A stretch of DNA of 32,000 nucleotides from an archaeon (GTDB lineage: Archaea; Iainarchaeota; Iainarchaeia; Iainarchaeales; 1-14-0-10-31-34): contig JAJRVL010000004.1 in NCBI GenBank assembly GCA_024277355.1, positions 30,001 to 62,000 of the forward strand, given 5' to 3'. The notes beneath the pieces were generated by a model, which saw only the letters and a list, made by a program, of their open reading frames with translations, did not search any database and was not told where the DNA came from. Position 1 is the stretch's first letter; every line of letters begins with the position of its first letter. A program made the translations under genes and the position numbers. Positions 17,675 through 25,370 of this stretch are shown in pieces.

Positions 17675-18628
17675 ATGAATAAATTAATTGAAAAACTAAA
17701 TTCAGAGTTTCCTTTAACAGAAAAAACTGATTTCCAGATGATTGATGTAAACACAAAACAATATGCTTCTGCTTTGTCTCAAATAGTTTTTTCTCTTCAG
17801 AAAACTTATTCAAAAATCTGCATTATTAGCACTTCAAGAAAAGGAAGTTTATTATTAAATGAATTAAATAAAAAAGGAATTAAAACAGAAATATTAATTT
17901 TAAGCGGAATACAAGAAAAAGATTCAACTCAAATTTTTTCTTATGAACCGCAATGGAAACTTGATTCAATTAAAAAAGCAATCAGCCATTCAATAAAAAC
18001 TTTTTCTCCTGAAATTTTTGTTTTTGATTCATTGACTAATTTAACTTTGTTTTCAAATAAAGATGAAATAAATGATTTTGCAGAAAAATTCACTCACATT
18101 TTAGGAGAAAGAAAACTAAAAGCAATTTTTTTAAATATCAAAGAAGAAACACCGGAAGAAATAGCTGTAAGAATTGAAGCAGTAATGGATGACAGAACTT
18201 CATTAGAAAAATTTTTAGGAAAAAAAACAACAGCAGTAAAAGCAAACACCGTAAAGCAAAAAGAAATACAGCAAAAACAAACAAAAACTATTTCAAAAAC
18301 AGTAATAGTAAAACAACAGTTAGATGTTAAATCATTAAAGAAAAGTTTAGCAAGTTTAATTAAAGATGAAGCAAGAAAAATAGCAGAAGAAACAAGAAAA
18401 AATCTTGAAACACATGAATTAACTAAACCAAAAAAACAGGAAACAAAACCTGAAATAGAACTCAAAGAACCAAAAAAAGATGTTTATAAACTTGAAAAAG
18501 AAAAAGAAAAACAAAAATTATTAAAAAAACTTGATTTACTTGAAAAATCATTTGAATTAGGAGTAATAAGCAATAAAGCTTTTGAAGAAGGAAAACAACA
18601 AATAAAACAAAAATTAAAAGAAAAATAA
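17675..18628 (+). CDS. KaiC/FlaH(ArlH)-like RecA-superfamily domain lacking a Walker A loop, K/E-rich linker, SHOCT-like C-terminus
   Basis: Walker-B-like EIFVFDSLTNL and the downstream KAIFLNIKEE..RIEAVMD strand pattern are present, but there is no GxxxxGK[ST]. The C-terminal LLKKLDLLEKSFELGVISNKAFEEGKQQIKQKL resembles the SHOCT motif. Confidence 0.45.
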   Translation: MNKLIEKLNSEFPLTEKTDFQMIDVNTKQYASALSQIVFSLQKTYSKICIISTSRKGSLLLNELNKKGIKTEILILSGIQEKDSTQIFSYEPQWKLDSIKKAISHSIKTFSPEIFVFDSLTNLTLFSNKDEINDFAEKFTHILGERKLKAIFLNIKEETPEEIAVRIEAVMDDRTSLEKFLGKKTTAVKANTVKQKEIQQKQTKTISKTVIVKQQLDVKSLKKSLASLIKDEARKIAEETRKNLETHELTKPKKQETKPEIELKEPKKDVYKLEKEKEKQKLLKKLDLLEKSFELGVISNKAFEEGKQQIKQKLKEK

Positions 18629-18699
18629 AAAACACAAAGCCTTATAAAAGAGAATAAATATATTCTTTGATACTAAAAAATAATTTTAGGGGTGAACCG

Positions 18700-19101
18700 A
18701 TGCCAAAAGCGAAAAAAAAGAAAACCTCAAGGAAAAAACCAGTAAAAAAAATAAAAAGAAAAACAACTAAACGAAAAACAGTCAAAAGAACAGCAAGACC
18801 AAAAACAGTTCCAAAGAAAAGCACTGAATTTCTTTCATCTGCTTTAAGAGAAATAGAACATCAATTAGACGCATTAAAAAGCCAGAAAAAAGCAATGGAA
18901 AGAGATTTATATCTGCTTGCATTGGATTTTAATGATACTCAAAACCAAGAAAATGAATTAAGAGACAAAATATCAAAATTAGTTCAGAAAGAATCAGAAT
19001 TATCAACTAAAAAAACTAATTTAAAAGTAGAAACACAGGAATTACAGGAAAAAATAAACAAAGTAACAAAAATCAACGCAGAAATGAAAGGAATGGAATA
19101 A
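18700..19101 (+). CDS. Lysine-rich N-terminus plus coiled-coil protein
   Basis: ATG at 18700 has AGGGGTG 6-12 nt upstream (the track's TTG at 18667 is less likely). It starts MPKAKKKKTSRKKPVKKIKRKTTKRKTVKRTARPK, then has heptad-like sequence (LDALKSQKKAMERDL...LQEKINKV). Confidence 0.6.
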   Translation: MPKAKKKKTSRKKPVKKIKRKTTKRKTVKRTARPKTVPKKSTEFLSSALREIEHQLDALKSQKKAMERDLYLLALDFNDTQNQENELRDKISKLVQKESELSTKKTNLKVETQELQEKINKVTKINAEMKGME

Positions 19102-19139
19102 AACTCATTTCTTCTTTTTCTTACTTTTATTTTTTTAAG

Positions 19140-19490
19140 TTATTTTTTCTTTCTTCTGAATAATTTTCTAATTCCATGGGGATTAACTGTTCTTTCAATA
19201 ATTTTTCCTGTTTTTATTTTTGTGGAAATTGTCGCATCAATTTTTCCTTTTTCAGTATAATTTCTAGTCATTACTTTTATTGGTTTGCTTGAGTCAGTAT
19301 TCATTTCTCGAAATTGTTCTTTTCTAATTCCATTTTTGCCCCAAACTTTGGTTATTTTTTTTCCAGAAGGTTTTTCTATTCGTTTAATAAACCCTCCAGA
19401 AGCACCAAGTTCAATATTTTTATGGGTTCCAAATTTTGCGTTTTTCATAGTTCTTTTTGTTAATTTTCTTTTCATTGGCATAATTGGCAT
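19140..19490 (-). CDS. Basic hypothetical protein (116 aa)
   Basis: Clean ORF with K/R-rich termini (MPIMPMKRKLTKRTMK...LFRRKKK). No motif is recognised. Confidence 0.45.
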   Translation of the reverse strand: MPIMPMKRKLTKRTMKNAKFGTHKNIELGASGGFIKRIEKPSGKKITKVWGKNGIRKEQFREMNTDSSKPIKVMTRNYTEKGKIDATISTKIKTGKIIERTVNPHGIRKLFRRKKK

Positions 19491-19541
19491 AAAATCACTA
19501 ACTAAGTAATTGCTTAGGCATTAATAAACTTTTGTTTTCAT

Positions 19542-20609
19542 TCAGGCATTTTCAATTAATTGTTTTTTAAATTGTTTTAAGTATTTTCTTGGAATTTTTC
19601 CTGCTGCAGCAGGGATATGCCCGCCTGCATTAGAGTCAGGAATGCCTTGAACACTTTTTTCTAGTAAGTCGTTTACTTTAACTTTAAAATCCTGTCTTCT
19701 TGCACTGAAATAAACATGCTCTTCGCCATAATCCTGCAATACAATCACAGTCTTATTTCTTAGTTTTTCTGAAATCCTGTTAATTATAACTGACTTAATT
19801 GAATGCTCTGAATTAATTTCAAAATAAATTAATTCTTTTTCAGGAAAAACTTCTTTTTTTTCTTCAAATTTTTCCATCCAAACTGAAACTTCTTTTTCAA
19901 GTTTTTCTAATTCAATTAATAAATCCTGTTTCATTAAATCTTCAGGTTTTTTAGCTGAAAGCAAAACATTAATTAAATCCTTTAATTTACTGTAATCCAT
20001 TACTTCAATTGCTTCAATTAATTCTGCTGCCTTAAACAACAAACTTTTTTTTACTTCTTTTTCAAGATTATATTTTTCTATTACGCCGTCAACAAAATCT
20101 TTCCATTCATTATAACCATTATCTCCAATTAATCCAATACAAGAAATCCAGTCTAAATCTTTTAAGTCAGTTAAATTAGAAAACAAATCAAAACTTAATT
20201 TTGATACAGGATACTTACTTCCATCAATTTCAGCAATATCTTGGCTTTTAATCATTAAAGTTTTATTTGAATCAATTAAATTGTATTTTTTATGATGGTC
20301 TAATACAAGCAGTTCACTAAATTTTTCTATTTCTTTTAAAGGTAGAGGATTTTGATCAACACTTAAATCAACTGTAATAACAAATTCAATGAAATTTTCT
20401 TTTAATTCTTTTAAAGTATTTTTAGTTAAAGTAATTTCTCCTGGATTCTGATGAAAAAGCATTGGCTTTTTTCCTGTAATTCTTTCTAAAGCCAGAACAG
20501 AAATTACTCCTGCACAAACTCCGTCAGGATCAGAATCATGAATAACACAAATCTTCTTGTTTTTGTTTTTAAGTATTTTTTCTTTAAATTCCATTATTTT
20601 TTCTTTCAT
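19542..20609 (-). CDS. DHH/DHHA1 phosphoesterase (RecJ-like / NrnA-like)
   Basis: VIHDSDPDGVCAG (DxD..DG), LVLDHHK (DHH), and GGHIPAAAG (DHHA1 GGH) are present. Confidence 0.85.
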   Translation of the reverse strand: MKEKIMEFKEKILKNKNKKICVIHDSDPDGVCAGVISVLALERITGKKPMLFHQNPGEITLTKNTLKELKENFIEFVITVDLSVDQNPLPLKEIEKFSELLVLDHHKKYNLIDSNKTLMIKSQDIAEIDGSKYPVSKLSFDLFSNLTDLKDLDWISCIGLIGDNGYNEWKDFVDGVIEKYNLEKEVKKSLLFKAAELIEAIEVMDYSKLKDLINVLLSAKKPEDLMKQDLLIELEKLEKEVSVWMEKFEEKKEVFPEKELIYFEINSEHSIKSVIINRISEKLRNKTVIVLQDYGEEHVYFSARRQDFKVKVNDLLEKSVQGIPDSNAGGHIPAAAGKIPRKYLKQFKKQLIENA

Positions 20610-20679
20610 GCTTTAATTAAAAATCAAAGAAAACATTAAAAAGAAGCTTTGTCTTATTGAATACTGAAAAGGTGATTTA

Positions 20680-20844
20680 ATGGGCTATAAACATAAAAAC
20701 AGCAAAGGAATAACTTATTTTTTGCATTCAAAAGGAAAACTTTATTTTTTCTCAAAAAAAGAAGAAGAATCAATTGATTTACCTGAAAACTTTCAGGTAA
20801 TTGAAAACCAAAAAACCGGTTTGCCAATGGTTAAAAGAAAATAA
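20680..20844 (+). CDS. 54-aa conserved-looking small protein (MGYKHKNSKGITYFLHSKGKLYFFSKK...ENQKTGLPMVKRK)
   Basis: Absent from the track. AAGGTGA SD lies 6 nt before the ATG. The architecture (basic N-terminus, YFLH..LYFF, then P-x-x-[FY]-x-V-x-E-x-x-x-TGLP-hydrophobic-basic) recalls a widespread small-protein family I have seen in bacteria. TAA is at 20842-20844. Confidence 0.5.
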   Translation: MGYKHKNSKGITYFLHSKGKLYFFSKKEEESIDLPENFQVIENQKTGLPMVKRK

Positions 20845-20862
20845 TTTATTCAGTGAGTTAAA

Positions 20863-21939
20863 TTGAAAAACAAAATAAAAGAATTATTTTCAAAAACAAA
20901 ATGCAATACAATAATTATCAGAAATTTCTCTAATTTTTCTGACCCGCATTTTTTTTATTTCACTCAATTAAGCAGAGAAACATATGAAAACAATTTTTTA
21001 ATTCTAAATAAAAACAAAAAACCATTAATAATTTGTTCTTCGTTGGAAGGAGCAGGAATTCCTGAAACAAAAAATTATTCAGTTAAAGTAATTTCAAATA
21101 ACAAAGATTTTGTTAAAACACTGAAAACAGCAACAAAAAGCAAAATAATTGGATTAAATTTTGAAGTATTTCCATTAAATGCATTAAAACGACTAAAAAA
21201 AATTCTCAAAGGAAAAAAATTCATTGACGTTTCAAAAGAATTAGAAGAAATCAGAAGCATTAAAACAAAACAAGAAATACAAAAAATACAAACTGCCTGT
21301 AAAATAACAGAACAAGTTTTTTCTCAAATAAAAGAATTATTTAAACCAGGAATGACTGAATTAGAGTTAGCAGCAGAATTAGAATTTACTGCAAAAAAAC
21401 TTGGAGCAGAAAATCTTTCTTTTCCAATTATTGTTGCTTCAGGAAAAAATTCAGCCGTGCCACACCATAATACTTCAGATAAAAAAATCAAAAAAAATGA
21501 ATTAATTTTAATTGACTTTGGAGTTAAATACAAAAATTACTGTTCTGATTTAACCAGAATGTTTTTTTCAGGCAAAACTCCTGTTTTTTTAAATAAACTT
21601 TATTCTGAAGTCATGGAAGCAAAAACTTCAGCTGAAAAAGAATTAAAAGCAGAAAAAAATTATTCTCTTGCATTTGAAAAAGCAAATAATATTATTCAAA
21701 AAAATTTAGGTCAAAAATTAATGCACGATATTGGTCATGGATTAGGATTAGAAGTCCATGATTTTCCTAAAAAAAACTTTGGCGACAAATTTATTTTAAA
21801 AAAAAATATGGTTTTAACTATTGAACCAGGCTATTACAATAAAAAAATTGCAGGAATCAGAATTGAAGATGACTATTTAATTACAGAAAAAGGATTCAAA
21901 AAACTGTCTAATGCACCAAAGAAAATCCTTGAAATTTAA
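20863..21939 (+). CDS. M24-family Xaa-Pro aminopeptidase/dipeptidase
   Basis: Metal ligands are present in DFGVKYKNYCSDLTR, HGLGLEVHD, TIEPGYY, and GIRIEDD. It has a TTG start as in the track. Confidence 0.88.
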   Translation: MKNKIKELFSKTKCNTIIIRNFSNFSDPHFFYFTQLSRETYENNFLILNKNKKPLIICSSLEGAGIPETKNYSVKVISNNKDFVKTLKTATKSKIIGLNFEVFPLNALKRLKKILKGKKFIDVSKELEEIRSIKTKQEIQKIQTACKITEQVFSQIKELFKPGMTELELAAELEFTAKKLGAENLSFPIIVASGKNSAVPHHNTSDKKIKKNELILIDFGVKYKNYCSDLTRMFFSGKTPVFLNKLYSEVMEAKTSAEKELKAEKNYSLAFEKANNIIQKNLGQKLMHDIGHGLGLEVHDFPKKNFGDKFILKKNMVLTIEPGYYNKKIAGIRIEDDYLITEKGFKKLSNAPKKILEI

Positions 21940-21987
21940 AGCATAACTGGTTATATAAGAAAAAACACTATTTTGTATAGTGATAAA

Positions 21988-22281
21988 ATGCCTGTTCCAA
22001 AAAAACCAGTTAGAAGAAAAAGAAACATGAATAAAAATTATAAGTTAAAGGTTGTTGCTAATCATAATTTCACAAAAAAAGAATTTACTTTTTTTAATGA
22101 AAGAAACTTAAAAAATGGCCAGATTATTTCAAGACAAGGTCCTGAAAGAAGAAAACTAAAAACTCCAGTTGATTTAACTAACTTTCAAACAGGTCAGACG
22201 GTAGTTAAAGGTGCTGCAAAACAAATATTTGAAAACAAAGGAATTCAGGCAAGAAAATCAAGAAAAACAAAAAGAAAATGA
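21988..22281 (+). CDS. Basic hypothetical protein (97 aa from ATG 21988)
   Basis: It runs MPVPKKPVRRKRN...ARKSRKTKRK. The track starts at TTG 21973; the ATG at 21988 is preferred. No motif is recognised. Confidence 0.45.
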   Translation: MPVPKKPVRRKRNMNKNYKLKVVANHNFTKKEFTFFNERNLKNGQIISRQGPERRKLKTPVDLTNFQTGQTVVKGAAKQIFENKGIQARKSRKTKRK

Positions 22282-22323
22282 AATTTAATTCCTTTTTTAT
22301 TTATTTTCTAACCATAATTTTTT

Positions 22324-23112
22324 ATGACTTTCCACTTAGCTGAAGCAAAAGACAAAATTAATGCATCGCTTAACTCTGACAAAATGTTAATTGTAATAGG
22401 AGAATGCTTTGTGCAGTACCAAGGAAGAGCAGGAAGTAAATTACCAAAAGGAAAAAGAATGCTTTTAGTTAAAGGAGATAAAAGTTTTGCTATTCATCAA
22501 AACACTAAATTAAGGCCGATTAATTATATGATGAATGCATCAGCTTCAGTTGAATTAAATTCAGAAAAAAAAGCTTTAGTTATTTCAGCTGTAAAAAGAA
22601 AACCAAAAGAAAAATTAGATGTATTTTTTTATTCAGTTGATTTTGTTGAATCATTTGAAATTGAAGGAGAAAAAGAAATAAGATTATTTGGTTCTGAAAG
22701 AGAATTAAGTGATTTATTAATGGAAGATTTATCAGTTTTAGAAAAAGGAATGACTGCATTAAAAAAAGAAGTTCCATTAAGAAAAGGAGTAATAGATATT
22801 TTTGCTGAAGACAAAGACAAAAATCCTGTTGTAATTGAAGTTAAAAGAAGAAAAGCAGATTTAAATTCAGTCAGGCAATTGCACAGTTATATGCAGCAAG
22901 TTGAATTATTAAAAGGAAAAAAAACAAGAGGAATAATTTGTGCACCAGACATCGGAAAACCTACAAGGGAATTACTGGAAAAATATGGTTTAGAATACTG
23001 CAAATTAGATTATGAAATTAGTAATCCTCATGCAGAAATTAAAGGATTACAAAAAAAACAAAGCACTTTATTTGAACAGTTTTTAAAACCAAAGCCAGCT
23101 AAAAATAAATAA
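22324..23112 (+). CDS. nucS: Endonuclease NucS / EndoMS (mismatch-specific, RecB-like nuclease)
   Basis: N-terminal half-barrel region (ECFVQYQGRAGSKL..LLVKGDKSFAIH) is present. The PD-(D/E)xK core is GVIDIFAEDKDKNPVVIEVKRRKA..VRQLHSY. Confidence 0.9.
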   Translation: MTFHLAEAKDKINASLNSDKMLIVIGECFVQYQGRAGSKLPKGKRMLLVKGDKSFAIHQNTKLRPINYMMNASASVELNSEKKALVISAVKRKPKEKLDVFFYSVDFVESFEIEGEKEIRLFGSERELSDLLMEDLSVLEKGMTALKKEVPLRKGVIDIFAEDKDKNPVVIEVKRRKADLNSVRQLHSYMQQVELLKGKKTRGIICAPDIGKPTRELLEKYGLEYCKLDYEISNPHAEIKGLQKKQSTLFEQFLKPKPAKNK

Positions 23113-23123
23113 GAGGAATAAAA

Positions 23124-24416
23124 ATGAAAATATTATTAATTGGAAGTACGGCAAGAGCTGACTGCATTGCAGAAGCAATAATAAACAGCAAAACAAAACC
23201 GGAATTATATGCAGTAATGCCTTTGCTTAATCCAGGAGTAAAACAAAAAGCAAAAGAATTAATTGTCCATTCAGTAATGGATTTTAATTTTATTTTAAGT
23301 TATGCGGAAAAAATTAATCCTGATTTTGTTTTTGTTGCACCAGATGATCCAATCGCAGAAGGATTAGTTAATGAATTAGAAAAAATTGGAATAAAAAGTT
23401 TTGGTCCAAAAAAAGAAGTTGCAAGAATTGAATCAAGCAAAAGTTTTGCAAGAGAATTACTTAAAAAACATGAAATAGAAGGACTTCCAAAATTCAAAGT
23501 TTTTTCAGATAAAAAAGGCATAAAAGAATTTGCTGAATCTTTAAAAGAAATTGTAGTTAAACCTGATGGTTTAACTGGCGGAAAAGGAGTTCAAGTTCAA
23601 GGAGATCATTTTGATTCAATTGAACAAGGATTAAATTATGCTGACTTAATATTAGAAAAAGGAAAAGTAATAATTGAAGAAAAACTTAAAGGCGAAGAAT
23701 TTTCACTTCAATCATTTTGTGATGGAAAAACAGTTTTAGACTGCATTCCAGTCCAAGACCATAAAAGAGCTTTTGAAAATGATTCAGGACCAAATACAGG
23801 GGGAATGGGTTCTTATTCAATGGAAAATGGACTGCTTCCATTCCTAAAAAAAGAACACTTAGAACAAGCACATAAAATAACAGAAAAAGTTGCTTTGGCT
23901 TTGAAAAAAGAAACAGGAATTGAATTCAAAGGAATTTTATATGGTGGATTTATGTTAACTAAAAAAGAAGTTAAATTAATTGAATTTAATGCAAGATTTG
24001 GAGATCCTGAAGTACTAAATGTTTTGCCTTTGCTTAAAACAGATTTTGTTGAAGTCTGTCAAAGAGTAATTAACGGCACATTAAATGAAATTTCATTGGA
24101 ATTTGAATCAAAAGCTTCAGTATGCAAATATGTTGTTCCTAAAGGTTATCCAGTTAATTCAGTTAAAAATGCTTTAATTGAATTTAAAGAAACTAAAACA
24201 AAACATTATTTTGGAGCAATAAAAGAAAAAAACGGGAATTATTTAATGACTGGTTCAAGGGCAATGGCTTTTATTGGAATAGGAGAAACACTGAGTAAAG
24301 CAGAAGAAATCTCACAAAAAGCAGTTGAATCAGTTAAAGGCAGAATATTTTACCGAAAAGACATTGGAACAAAAGCTTTAATCCAGAAAAGAATTGATCA
24401 TATAGCTAATGTTTAA
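23124..24416 (+). CDS. purD: Phosphoribosylamine-glycine ligase
   Basis: ATP-grasp motifs VVKPDGLTGGKGV, GPNTGGMGSY, and EFNARFGDPE are present. Length is 430 aa. Confidence 0.94.
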   Translation: MKILLIGSTARADCIAEAIINSKTKPELYAVMPLLNPGVKQKAKELIVHSVMDFNFILSYAEKINPDFVFVAPDDPIAEGLVNELEKIGIKSFGPKKEVARIESSKSFARELLKKHEIEGLPKFKVFSDKKGIKEFAESLKEIVVKPDGLTGGKGVQVQGDHFDSIEQGLNYADLILEKGKVIIEEKLKGEEFSLQSFCDGKTVLDCIPVQDHKRAFENDSGPNTGGMGSYSMENGLLPFLKKEHLEQAHKITEKVALALKKETGIEFKGILYGGFMLTKKEVKLIEFNARFGDPEVLNVLPLLKTDFVEVCQRVINGTLNEISLEFESKASVCKYVVPKGYPVNSVKNALIEFKETKTKHYFGAIKEKNGNYLMTGSRAMAFIGIGETLSKAEEISQKAVESVKGRIFYRKDIGTKALIQKRIDHIANV

Positions 24417-24467
24417 TGAAATAATAAAACTTATTAACCTCTTTATTCCTAATTATAACTGATTAAA

Positions 24468-24656
24468 ATGATGGGTAAATGTAAAAGATGCGATAAAAGA
24501 GATGAATTAAAAGGCGGTTTATGTGAAGACTGCAATGAAGAAGAAGCAGTAAAAAACCTTCCAACTAATAAACCAAAAGAAAAATTATCTAAAGAAGAAA
24601 TAGAAAATGAAATAGCAGAAAAAAGAAGAGATAAAAAGTTCTGGACGAACTTTTAA
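24468..24656 (+). CDS. Small zinc-ribbon protein with K/E-rich tail
   Basis: It carries CKRC-x11-CEDC and is 62 aa long. Confidence 0.5.
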   Translation: MMGKCKRCDKRDELKGGLCEDCNEEEAVKNLPTNKPKEKLSKEEIENEIAEKRRDKKFWTNF

Positions 24657-24793
24657 TGCTTTTTACCATTTTCTAAATGGCTTAATCTAACGTTAAGATC
24701 GATTTGAGCATTTTGTAAATCCCTTAACTTTTTGTTTAATCCTTCGATTTTTTCATTTAACATAACAGTTTGTTTGACAACTCCAACAGGCAT
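24653..24793 (-). CDS. 46-aa coiled-coil micro-protein (MPVGVVKQTVMLNEKIEGLNKKLRDLQNAQIDLNVRLSHLENGKKH)
   Basis: Absent from the track. AGGGGGA SD lies 8 nt upstream of the ATG (rc of 24791-24793). It shows heptad-like Leu/Ile spacing. Its stop overlaps the stop of the convergent 24468-24656 gene by 4 nt. Confidence 0.4.
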   Translation of the reverse strand: MPVGVVKQTVMLNEKIEGLNKKLRDLQNAQIDLNVRLSHLENGKKH

Positions 24794-24902
24794 AATAAAT
24801 TCCCCCTATATAGTTATAAAGTGAAGTTATAATAAAGGGGAGTATTTTCAGCTATTTTTCCCAAAGGTTTAAATAATTTTTCTAAAAAGAATTAATGAAT
24901 TT

Positions 24903-25328
24903 ATGACAAAAAACAAAACAAAATTAAAACCTAAAAAGGCAAATAAATCAGTTAAACAAAAGAAACCAGTTAAAGCTAAATCAAACAAAGCTAAATCTGG
25001 AATTAAAGCTAAAAAAATTCATGCAAAAAAAACAAAACCTGTTTTAAAGAAAAAAATTAAACTAACAGCAAAGAAAAAAGTATTAACTAAAAAATCAGTA
25101 AAAAAAACTAAAATAAAAGAAAATAGTCTTGTAAAGAAAAAAACAATTAAATTTAAACCAGCAAAAGAAGAATTAAAAAAAGAAGAAAAGAAAGAAAGAA
25201 AAACTTTTAAAAGAAAGCATGGAAAAATTAAGTTTTTTGAAGAAGAAGCTGATTCAGATAACTTTTTTTCAGGAGACTTTCAGAGAATTGACAGAGATTT
25301 ATCTTTTGATTCTGATTCAGATTACTGA
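24903..25328 (+). CDS. Lysine-rich low-complexity protein with acidic/aromatic C-terminal tail
   Basis: About 110 aa of KKxxK repeats (KPKKANKSVKQKKPVKAKSNKAKSGIKAKK...) are followed by FFEEEADSDNFFSGDFQRIDRDLSFDSDSDY. Confidence 0.55.
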   Translation: MTKNKTKLKPKKANKSVKQKKPVKAKSNKAKSGIKAKKIHAKKTKPVLKKKIKLTAKKKVLTKKSVKKTKIKENSLVKKKTIKFKPAKEELKKEEKKERKTFKRKHGKIKFFEEEADSDNFFSGDFQRIDRDLSFDSDSDY

Positions 25329-25335
25329 TAACTTA

Positions 25336-25349
25336 AACTTTATAAAGTT
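25336..25349. promoter_or_regulatory. 14-bp perfect palindrome AACTTTATAAAGTT (TATA-box-like) upstream of the 399-aa gene
   Basis: It is its own reverse complement. Its centre lies about 28 nt upstream of ATG 25371 and no SD is present, consistent with an archaeal TATA box driving a leaderless mRNA. Confidence 0.45.
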
Positions 25350-25370
25350 CTAATTCTATTGTTTTTTTGA

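Noticed and set aside
24836-24841. Plus-strand AGGGGA SD-like motif in the 24794-24902 spacer suggesting another small gene
   Set aside because: No ATG/GTG/TTG follows within a plausible distance; only a 10-codon ATT-initiated frame does. It more likely forms the right arm of the C5/G4 inverted repeat bracketing the divergent promoter.
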